Source: Geosiphon pyriformis uo1
Lineage: Eukaryota; Fungi; Glomeromycota
Assembly: GCA_016748015.1 (NCBI GenBank)
Contig: JAAOMT010000088.1
Location: 62,001 to 126,000, forward strand
Direction of reading: 5' to 3'
Length of the DNA stretch: 64,000 nt
The position numbers were made by a program, and so were the translations under genes. Below are positions 24,692-34,932 of this stretch, one piece after another (positions within the stretch are counted from its first letter, which is position 1; the number at the start of each line of letters is the position of its first letter). Under the pieces are notes generated by a model. The model was not told where the DNA came from. It did not search any database and saw only the letters and a program-made list of their open reading frames with translations.

Positions 24692-26628
24692 TTATCTTTT
24701 CGAATAATGTTCAATTAAAACTATTGGTTCTAAATCTCGTGGAATTTGTTCTGGTAGAATTAAAGGTAATTGTGTTCTAATTCTGGGTGTTTTTGTTGTT
24801 ATTACTGGTTTACTGTAATAGAATTTCAGCCGGTTACCATGTGCTGCTTTTCTTAATATTTTATTATCTAGTCTTAGCTTGTATGCTCCATTTCTAAGTA
24901 TTTCATGAATATAAAATGGTCCATCCCACTTGTGATCAAATTTTCCACTCCACTGTTTTTCCATTTTTGTACGATACAACAATACTTTATCTCTAATTTT
25001 GTAGCTAATTATATTATCTGGTAACTGGTTATCATGTCTCACTTTTTGTTGTTCTTGTGATTGTTCAATATTTTGTGCTGCTTTTCTTCTTTTGTTTTCT
25101 AAAGTTCCGATTAATTCGTATATTCTTCTAAGTAGTGTTTTCTGGAATGTTGCTTCCATGATAGTGTCACTTGGATAAGTTGGGATAGTAAGTTCAACGG
25201 GTAATGTGGCTTTTCTTCCATAAACTAGTTCAAACGGTGTGAATTGTGTAGTATCTTGTTTTACTGTTCTATATGCTAATAGTNNNNNNNNNNNNNNNNN
25301 NNNTTCTTCGTCTATTTGTAGTGTTTCCAAGTATTGGCTGAGGTTTTTGTAAAGGTGGTTGTTCATTGTTGTTGTGGTGGGTGGGTTGGTGATTTTTATG
25401 TGTGTCTTATTCTTGACAAACAGTCAGCATTAGCATTTTTGGTACCTTCTTTGTATTTGATAATATAATCGTATGGTGCTAACGTTTGTGACCATCTGGC
25501 GTATTTTTCTTTTAGCGCTTTCTTGTTATTTAACCAGACCAGACCTCTATGATCTGTCGTAATCTCAAAGGGTTGGTACCGTAAATATGTGTCAAAGTGA
25601 ACACAACTTCAGACTACTGCTAAGCATTCAAGTTCATGTGCTGCATAGTTTTGTTCTGCTGTACTGAGACTTCTGCTGGCATAAGTGATTACACGTTCTC
25701 TTCCATTATCATCTTTTTGTGACAGAATGACTCCAAGTCCAGTTTCAGAGGCATCTGTGGCCAAAATGAATTTCTTGTTGAAATTCGGATAGATCATTAT
25801 TGGTGATTCAATGAGCTTTTGTCTAAGGTACTCAAAAGCTTTTTGTTGTGCTTCAGTCTATTCAAACTTCACATTTTTAGATAGTAGGTAATTAAGGGGT
25901 TTGGCGATGTTTGAAAAGTTTTCTACAAAGTGGCAGTAGTAAGATGCGAGTCCTAAAAAGCTTCTAACTTCTGAAACGTTTCGAGGTACTAGAAAATTTT
26001 TCACTTTGTCTATTTTTGATGGATCTGGTTTTATTCCATCTTTTANNNNNNNNNNNNNNNNNNNNATTATCTGGTAACTGGTTATCATGTCTCACTTTTT
26101 GTTGTTCTTGTGATTGTTCAATATTTTGTGCTGCTTTTCTTCTTTTGTTTTCTAAAGTTCCGATTAATTCGTATATTCTTCTAAGTAGTGTTTTCTGGAA
26201 TGTTGCTTCCATGATAGTGTCACTTGGATAAGTTGGGATAGTAAGTTCAACGGGTAATGTGGCTTTTCTTCCATAAACTAGTTCAAACGGTGTGAATTGT
26301 GTAGTATCTTGTTTTACTGTTCTATATGCTAATAGTACTGCTGGTATGAACAAATCTCATTCTTTTTCATGTTTGTTACTAATTTTCGCCAGTGATTCGC
26401 ATAATGTGTGATTAAATCTTTCAACTAATCCATTTGTTTGAGGGTGGTATGGTGATGACAGTGGTCGCTTGATTCCAAATTTTTGGCTAAGTTCTTTTAA
26501 GGTGCTGTTTACGAAGTGTGTGCCTTGATCTGATAGCAATTCTTGTGGACATCCATGTTGGCAAATTAAGTCTTCATGTACGAATTGAGCTACGGAAATA
26601 GCATCAGCTGTTTTAATAGCTCTAGCTT
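24692..26628 (-). pseudogene. Gypsy RT-RNase H / integrase fragments (scaffolded pieces)
   Basis: EVRSFLGLASYY, FILATDASETGLGVILSQ, AHELECLAVV, SDQGTHF, HPQTNGLVERFN, TPFELVYG, WDGPF. 25013-25283 duplicates 26066-26336. Confidence 0.9.
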
Positions 26629-27254
26629 NNNNNNNNNNNNNNNNNNNNNNNNNNNNNNNNNNNNNNNNNNNNNNNNNNNNNNNNNNNNNNNNNNNNNNNN
26701 NNNNNNNNNNNNNNNNNNNNNNNNNNNNNNNNNNNNNNNNNNNNNNNNNNNNNNNNNNNNNNNNNNNNNNNNNNNNNNNNNNNNNNNNNNNNNNNNNNNN
26801 NNNNNNNNNNNNNNNNNNNNNNNNNNNNNNNNNNNNNNNNNNNNNNNNNNNNNNNNNNNNNNNNNNNNNNNNNNNNNNNNNNNNNNNNNNNNNNNNNNNN
26901 NNNNNNNNNNNNNNNNNNNNNNNNNNNNNNNNNNNNNNNNNNNNNNNNNNNNNNNNNNNNNNNNNNNNNNNNNNNNNNNNNNNNNNNNNNNNNNNNNNNN
27001 NNNNNNNNNNNNNNNNNNNNNNNNNNNNNNNNNNNNNNNNNNNNNNNNNNNNNNNNNNNNNNNNNNNNNNNNNNNNNNNNNNNNNNNNNNNNNNNNNNNN
27101 NNNNNNNNNNNNNNNNNNNNNNNNNNNNNNNNNNNNNNNTTGTCCTTTTTATTCTTATTTCTGATTTTCCATATGGTAGGAGCATGATAGACCGCTCATT
27201 TTTAATTACTTCGCCTTTTTCCTCTATTGTTTCAGTGAAATTCACTTCAATTCC

Positions 27255-27660
27255 TTTTCCTGTTGATCCGAAACCAAAAGTTCCTCTCATTGTTTGTGAC
27301 AATTCCTCACGATTTTCCACTGGCACAAATTTCCCAATTTTTACCAATGGTAGGAAAATTGCTTGTGCAATCTTTTCTTTAGATTCAATGGTATAAGGCT
27401 TTTCTGAATTGTTCTGTAGCAAAACCATCAAATTTCCAGTGTATCCGGAGTCAATTACTCCTCCTTGAACACTTATTCCTTTTTTTGCAAGGCTTGATCG
27501 CGATGCCATTTGAACCATTATTCCTGGCGGAATTTCAACTGCTATTTTTAGGTCGATTTTGGTGATGTTCCTGGGTGGTAACGTTGTGGATTGGTCTTCC
27601 AGATAACATAGATCGAATTCGGCGTTGGTTGGATGGGCTTTTTCGGGTATTATTCTTAAG
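27255..27660 (-). CDS. dUTPase domain in the Gypsy polyprotein
   Basis: All five trimeric dUTPase motifs: AEFDL (G>E), ASRSSLA, GVIDSGYTGNL, KIAQAI, RGTFGFGSTG. Confidence 0.93.
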
Positions 27661-30600
27661 TGCCCGTTGTCAAAGTATCGGATGTCAGTCACCTGTTCTA
27701 GGTCGGTATAGGCTACAAATTTTTCTGACTTGGGACCGTCAGGTGAGTCTTGTTGATTTATTGATTGATTTTGAGACTGCTGATTCTCAATTTCCATTTT
27801 TCTTTCTAAGTCCCTTTCGTCTTGACACTCTTCACAGCACTGACTTTGGCATGGGATGAGACAGTTTTCGCAGAGGTAAGTGTTGATTTGGGCGAGGTAT
27901 TGTTCTTGCTCTTGTTGAGTGGGGCATAGTTGTTGGTAGTAGTCCTGGAATTCGTCCACTGGGTCAAACATGTTGTAGCTGGTGACTTTGTCGGCTACTT
28001 CGGCTGACTCTTTCCAACGTTGTATTTCTTCGGCGGTTCCTCTTCTTACTTTGGCTTGTGCAGTATTGTACAACTTGTCCTCGTTGTGTGGGTAGTGCTG
28101 TAGTCTTTTTAACACTCTGTTGAATGCTGCTTCGAATGGCATTCCTCCTTTTACCCAGTCACAGATGAGGATCGTGTATTGGCAAGTTGCGTCACACGTT
28201 CCTCCTCTGCCTGGTAAGTCATTCCAGTCACACCCTCTTGGTAACGGTTCTCCACAAGTGAGACATGGTTCCTTGTCCCATTTTCCGTGTCTTTCTGGGT
28301 AATCATATTTTTCTTTGTTACAATAGTTACAATAGTAGTGGATGGGGTTTCTTGGGTCTTCATCTGGTGTGCTGCACGCAGTCATAGATGAGAGTTTTTT
28401 CTTGCAAACCGAGCATTCTAGCTTTGGTCTGCGTCGCTGGTGGTTTCTTCATGAACTTACCTGGTTCCATTCGGATCTTTCTTCGCTGGTCCACATTGGT
28501 ACGACTGGTAGTCCTGTTCTTTGGTCATCAGCCCAAGAGAGCTGATAGGTTTTGATGGCTGGTAGTGCTGGATTTTCCTCAAATTCGAAGGTAGGTCTTT
28601 GGTTGGCGCTGGGTTTTTGGAAGTGGCCACAGGTGGCTGGAATTTTGGCTTGATAGCCATTATAATTGATCAGAAGCTCTTGGGTGGTCCAGTCTAGGGT
28701 GGCGTTGGCTTTTGTTAGCCAGTCATTCCCTACTAACACTTAATATTGTGTAGCATCTATTACTAATACTTTTGTAGGTATTACTATGCCGTTAATTTTG
28801 AAAGGGAATGAGTCAATTTTGCCATAAGGCAGCTTTGTACTTCTATCGGCTGTTATGATTTGGGACGTCGCGGCACGATCAACTTTGAAATCCAGTTGGT
28901 TTACTAGTTGAAGCGTTACGATGCTTCCAGCAGATCCACTGTCTAAGATAAGTTTGATTGAGGTATTGTTTACAGTGGCTTCCGTATACATAGCAGTGAT
29001 TGGGCGTTTTTCGTCCAATGCTGCTCCACTGAACATAGCCTTGTTTTCCTCTAATTCAAAAGGAAAAATAGCTGCGAGGCTGCTATCTTCGGTGGCAACT
29101 GCTGGTGGTATTGTCTGGCTCAATTTGGAGGAATTTTTGGTTCTGTTTATGTTTCTACCGTCATTGTTTCCGATGATCAGGTTTTCCAGTATATTAAGGT
29201 AAGTTTGTTGATAATTTTGGTAGTTTGGATTGGTTTGCTGATTGGTTCCGGTGCAGTTTGGATTCCTCTGGACCAACGCGTTCTGGTTCCACATGGGCTG
29301 ATTTCGGGTCTCGGGACGCCAATTTGGGTTGGCTATCATGGGCTGTTGCTGGTAAGCTCCTTGATTTTGATACGTGGTGGGATATTGGCATGGTATTGGC
29401 GTGTACTGGTTTCTGGGCATTTGGGGTGGTGCGTAGTAATTATTTTCACGTGCTTCCTGCATCATTTGTGTTCGACATTGACTAATCAAATGTCCTATGC
29501 GTTTGCAAAAATGGCAGGTGCGTGTTTCTGTTCTAAATTCCTGGTACGATGAGCGATTATTTCAACTGTCGCTGACTTCCTGACTGCATCTTTGGGGTGG
29601 TTGGTATGTATTTTTTCTCGGATCCGGGATGAGGTAACTTTCTATTTTCTTAGAGAGTTCCTCCCCTAATTGCATTATTCTTTTCTCTAATGTTTCTGTC
29701 TTATTTTCCTCCATTACCATGTTAATCATTTAACTATGGTTAGCTTCTTTCTCAGCCGATTCAAGGGCTCTGGCGAGCGTAACAGCTTCTGGTAAGAAAT
29801 TAGGGTAGACAGGGCGTACTCTTCCTAAAATGCTGCTTTTTAATCCTCTAATAAACTGATTTAAAACCTGAGGATCAGTGTAGTATTCTTGTTCAATCGC
29901 TTCAATCTGACGGCGAATTCGATTGAATCGAGCAAGGTATTGGGTGACAGTTTCACCGGTATTTTGCTTGATAGTATTGAATTCATTCTATAGTTGGATT
30001 ACGGCGTTTGGGTCGCTAAAATACTCCAGGAGTGCATTTTTAAATTCGGTGAAGCTCGTGGGTTTTGTTTTCAGGCTTTGATACCACGAGTCGGCTGTGC
30101 CTTTCAGGAAGAAAGGTAATGTTTGAATTGCTCTTTGGTCGTTCCAGTTATTTGCCTGGATGGCTTTTTGTGCTTCTTTGAGCCATGTGTGCACGTCCGT
30201 TTCTTCTTCCTCTCCTGAGAAATCTGTTAGTCTTGCAATGTATGGTGTGGTCATTTCGTTGCCGTTTTCTGCTGGTGGGTTTATTGGTCTAAGAGGAGGT
30301 GGGATGATATTTCCTTGAGCGTTCCTAAAGGTGGCTTCTCTTATATCCGGTTCTTCCTCTTGATCACGAGTTTCTTGGTTTCTGGACTGGCTGCTTGTTC
30401 CAGTGACTGGTCTTGTGATTGTTTTTTTGCTGGTCTCTTTTTCGGATTCCAATTCAGACTCCTCTTCATGGTTTTCAAATCCTGTTCTAAATTTTGGCTG
30501 AAAAAGAGAGTTTTGGAATAATGATGAATATCCTCCTGTAATTGGTATGTCTCCCCAGTTACGTTGTTTAATTTTATCAATATAACTAGGAGTTCTTGGC

Positions 30601-32401
30601 ATTTGTGGAGTTGATGTTGATGATGATGCAGCTCCTAATGGAATTTGTATCTTATTTTCTGGTGAAAAATGGTATGATTTATCTTCTGGTGAATAAATAC
30701 ATTGTTTCTTTATTGATTGAGTGACAGTTTTCTTTGGCGTTGTTACAGGATGGTTTTCTTGTTATATTTAATTGCTGATATCCCACTTTAATTGCAATCA
30801 GTCTTTCGTGAGTTCCTCAATTCTATTTGTGTGATAATGTCACTTGTTACACTGAAGGCTTTCTTTTTACTGTTGCGATGTAAGTTATTCTTTAATTCTT
30901 GATTGTTGTGTGTGTTTATGTACTCCTTCTCAGAGGCTGCACTGAAATCTACCCACTGTCTGGAGTCTTCTCTGAGGCTATCCTTGCAATTGCCTGATGT
31001 GTTTCTCTAATCTAGAAACACAGAATGTTAATGGTCTTTAGCGCTTTTCTAATTCTCACAATAAAGCTTTTATCAATTAGTAACAATGTGAATAATCTTG
31101 ATCAAGGATTATTCTTCCAAGAGATTCAGTTGATGAATGANNNNNNNNNNNNNNNNNNNNAAAAATGCTAGCTCATTTTTCCCAAAGAAACATTTTTCTA
31201 GATTTAGTTTAAGTCCAGCATGTCTCAATCTCTCAAAAACTTGTTGTAAATGTTGGAGATGATTCATGAATTTTGACGAGAAAACATTTGTATCATCCAA
31301 GTAGACAACAACGGATTGCCACAGGATTCCGGAGTAAATTACGTCCATTAGTCTTTGGAATGTCGCGGGAGCGTTTGTTAATCCAAATGGCATTACATTG
31401 AACTCATAATTGCCATTTTGTGTTGTGAATGCTGTTTTATGCCTGTCCTTTGGGTCCATTTCCACTTGCCAGTACCCACTGGTCAAGTCCAGTGTAGAAA
31501 ACCATTTTGCTCCTCCAAAAACATCGAAGATTTCATCAATTAATGGTATTGGGTATGAGTCTTTGGTTGTTTTGCTGTTTAGTTTGCGATAGTCGACGCA
31601 AAATCTAATTTTTCCGTTCTTTTTCCTTACTAAAACAACTGGTGAGGACTATGGGCTCATTGATGGTTGTATTATTCCTTTTTCCAACATGCTTTGGACT
31701 TCTTTTCTGATAAAATTATGCTCCATTGGTGGGACACGGTAAGTGCGTTGTTTTTCAGGTCTGGCGTCTCCAGTGGGGATTTGGTGTTGAACCAAGTTGG
31801 TTCTTCCAAATTCGCCATTTCTTGAAAATATATCAGAGTANNNNNNNNNNNNNNNNNNNNTGAACTGGTGCTTGCCACTATCGCGAGATGGTGTTTGCTA
31901 CTATGTTAATCATTACCTTTCTAAGATTATTACTGTGCTATATTATGATTGAATAGTTTGTATTATTTTTATGATTCTTTTTGCTAAATTCTTAAACCGT
32001 AACAGCGTTTGAGCTGGTGTTTCTAGTTTTTGCTGGTTACTTTCCTGATTAGTTTCTAAATTTTCTTTGGTTTTGTTGGCGCATTCCCTAGTGTTTCCTG
32101 TGAATATTGAAAAATTTTCGTTGGCGTATTGCTCAATTTCTCAATAGATTTTGACAATAGTTGCGGCTATTACTGCTACTTCTTTTGTAGTATATTGTGA
32201 TAATTCTCTATACAATCCAAGTTTTGCATCGTGTGGTTCTTCTTCCTTTCCTATATGATAATTTATTCTGGCATTGATATAATAAGTGAGAGCAGATTCT
32301 GCTGGACAACACTCTTCTGGTAATCTAAGATCACTTTGATTTTGTGTGTAAATAGCACGGCAGAATTCAAGAACAGTAAGATTAGGGGTTTTTGTTGCCA
32401 C
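27660..32401 (-). pseudogene. Gypsy gag-protease-Cys-rich polyprotein
   Basis: ORF pieces 29988-30602, 28740-29489, 28449-28739 and the one starting at 28385 share a frame. Their stops revert by single transitions (CAG>TAG, CGA>TGA, CAA>TAA, TGG>TGA). Gag is interrupted at 30741-32004. Confidence 0.9.
30741..32004 (-). mobile_element. Nested copy of the same Gypsy family inside its own gag (collapsed by gaps; contains an RT fragment)
   Basis: Starts TGTTAC with the same LTR sequence and ends GTAACA. TSD GCGT (30737-30740, 32005-32008). RT fragment MPFGLTNAPATFQR...VYLDD at 31161-31840. Gag rejoins as ETPAQTP-KKTVTQ. Confidence 0.8.
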
Positions 32402-32463
32402 TTTTGTCTTTTCTTTTTTAGCAATGAATTATTGCTAATTATTATTTCCTTTTTGATTTTCTT

Positions 32464-32481
32464 TTCTCGTAGGGTTCACCA
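32464..32481 (-). other. Primer-binding site, probably tRNA-Trp
   Basis: TGGTGAACCCTACGAGAA, 2 nt inside the 5' LTR. Its complement TTCTCGTAGGGTTCACCA matches the vertebrate tRNA-Trp 3' end as I recall it (ATCACGTCGGGGTCACCA) at 14/18. Confidence 0.6.
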
Positions 32482-32483
32482 AA

Positions 32484-33311
32484 TGTTACGGGATGGTTTT
32501 CTTGTTATATTTAATTGCTGATATCCCGCTTTAATTGCAATCAGTCTTTCGTGAGTTCCTCAGTTCTATTTGTGTGATAATGTCACTGTTACACTGAAGG
32601 CTTTCTTTTTTTTCTGTTGCGATGTAAGTTATTCTTTAATTCTTGATTGTTGTGTGTGTTTATGTACTCCTTCTCAGAGGCTGAACTGAAATCTACCCAC
32701 TGTCTGGGGTCTTCTCTGAGGCTATCCTTGCAATTGCCTGATGTGTTTCTCTAATCTAGAAACACAGAATGTTAATGGTCTTTAGCGCTTTTCTAATTCT
32801 CACAATAAAGCTTTTATCAATTAGTAACAATGTGAATAATCTTGATCAAGGATTATTCTTCCAAGAGATTCAGTTGATGAATGATAGTTTCATTCAATAA
32901 ATAATACAAGTAAGTTTCTTAATACTTTGGGTTGTGATAGTTCAGTTTTAAATATTCTTTTTCATTTCTTTTTGATTTTAAAGGTTTCTTGGGATATTTA
33001 ATTTGAAAGTATGATTTAAAGTTATGATTTTTATTACTTGATTGATTCTTTCCCAATATTAAAACTACTGTATATATACATGTTTGTAGTTCTACGAGAA
33101 AATACTTTCTTTTTGATATTTCAACCTGGTGCTTGCTGCTATCACCAGTTGGTGTTGGCTGCTATTGTGAACTGGTGCTTGCCACTATCGCGAAATGGTG
33201 TTTGCTACTATGTTAATCATTACCTTTCTAAGATTATTACTGTGCTATATTATGATTGAATAGTTTGTATTATTTTTATAATTCTTTTTTCTAAATTCTT
33301 AAACTGTAACA
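32484..33311 (-). repeat. Gypsy 5' LTR
   Basis: TGTTAC...GTAACA, adjacent to the PBS; flanked by TSD GTGG. Confidence 0.95.
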
Positions 33312-34932
33312 GTGGCCTCTACTCTGGTGCTTGGTGCTACTTTTAAAATCAAATTGGCTTATGTTAAGGCTGTTTTACAATCTGTACATGGTTTTTTGGG
33401 TGCTAAGTCTGTTTCAAAAGACAATGTGAAGCTTTTTTGTGTGGAATTTGCTTCTCAAATCTCTTTAAATACTGTGTTTTTAGTTGAGCTTACAAGCTCT
33501 GTTTATCTTGCCACTCTTAAAATTACCAAGTCTTTGGTGGTTTCTGAATTTGGCCTTTCTGCTGCTGTTGCACTGCGTAATGTGCCTTTGGGTGTACATT
33601 AAGACAGCTCTTAGTGTTTTTGGTATGGTTATTTATGTTGTGTTGAAGCCTGCTGGTATTTGGCAATATGTGGTAGTTTATTTTAAGAAGTTGGATTCTG
33701 CCATGTCTGCTTTGAGTTATTGGTCAGTATTGGTGGGCAGAGATAGTGTTAGAATTTTTCTCTTGGTGAATCAAAATGAGACTATTTTGTTTCATAATAA
33801 GTTTAAGGCCAAGTTGGTCAATCTTTTTTCTGGCTGTACTGCTTTTGAAATCAGTAATATGATTTCTCAGGTTGGTGGCTGGTCTTATTTTATTTCTCAG
33901 TCTCCTGATTCTGGTTGTCATCTCTGCTTTGTTCTAGTTATGTTTGGCTCTCAAGCTGATTTAGATCTTGCTGTTGCCAAAACTGGTATGTTTAGAAAGT
34001 GTTGTATCTGGTGAAAGACTCCTAATTGTTGGCATTGTTTTCGGTGTCAAGAAATAGGTTACTTGGCTGTAGACTGTAAAGTTGCTTTATTTCCCTTTCT
34101 GAAGGCTTCCAAAGTGTTCAAATCATGTTTTATTGGTTTTTTGTCTTATGCTAAAGCATCTGCTTCTCCTGTTATGTCTGAATTATCTCCTTTGGTGGCT
34201 TCCACTCCTTCTGTGGCTGTTGTTGATCCTGCTGTTGGGTCCAAATTGGACTCTTTGAAAAAGCAAATTTTGGATTTGGCTGCTTTGATAAAGTTTATTG
34301 TTAAGCCTGTTGACTTTTTGGTTGTTTTGGTATTTTATCTCCTTGATAATAATGCTGTTAAGACTGTTTAGTTAGAGAAAGATCTTCTTTCTATGAAATA
34401 TGTTTCTAATAATTTTGCCAATCTTTTGGTTGGTGTATCTAAGGACATTGCTTGTCTTAGATCTGAAGTTGACTTTGGTAACATGGATTATGATAATATG
34501 CAGGCTGCTACACCTTCTCTTTTGAGTAAAAATACTGTTGAGTGTGTTATTGCTTTGTGGCAGATGTCAGGTGTTGAGGTTAGGAGTAGTGTTGAATCTA
34601 CTAGATTATTTTTTAGTGGGTTTATTTTTGATTCTAAGAATCTGAATAGTGTGATTGAAAAAATTTGTGGGTTAGAATTATTCCTACCTTCTATTGTTTT
34701 AGCTTAGTTAGTGCCTTGACTGACTTGGATAATTTGTTACATGTAGAAAATATGTGATTTACATCTAATTTATAATCTTTTAGTGATGCATAGTATTAGA
34801 TAGTGTTTGGGCACATCTTGTTAAAACATATTAAAAAAATATTAAAATTATATAAAATATAATTTGTTTTGTTTTTAAATTAAAATTTTTTTTAATATAT
34901 TAAGTAAATTAAAAAACTTCTTTCTTTTTTAC

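Larger units (their letters stand above)
23095..33311 (-). mobile_element. Ty3/Gypsy LTR retrotransposon (gag, CCHC, protease, Cys-rich region, dUTPase, RT, RNase H, integrase, 3' extra coding region); pol order broken by N gaps
   Basis: Two ~830-bp LTRs, TSD GTGG (23091-23094, 33312-33315), PBS and PPT. Gag (LTDFSG...FFLKGTADSWYQ), CHFCKRIGHLISQC, LILDSGS, RNase H ILATDAS, integrase SDQGTHF / PYHPQTNGLVERFN / WDGPF. Confidence 0.96.
22350..34840 (+). mobile_element. ORF1-only non-autonomous LINE (half-LINE) copy A, split by the Gypsy insertion (segments 22350-23094 and 33316-34840)
   Basis: ORF MTITKAKSKKAAP... runs to a stop at 34707, ~2.1 kb once the insertion is removed. RRM-like blocks, CCHC-like CFRCQEIGYLAVDC, LINE-like 3' tail and A-rich end. 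Confidence 0.85.

Noticed and set aside
25013-26336. Tandem duplication of the integrase segment (25013-25283 = 26066-26336)
   Set aside because: Identical and bounded by N gaps; most likely a scaffolding artefact of collapsed repeats.
26576-28385. Long ORFs of 203 and 587 aa in the ORF track
   Set aside because: Lengths are inflated by the N run; only 27140-28385 on the minus strand is real coding sequence.
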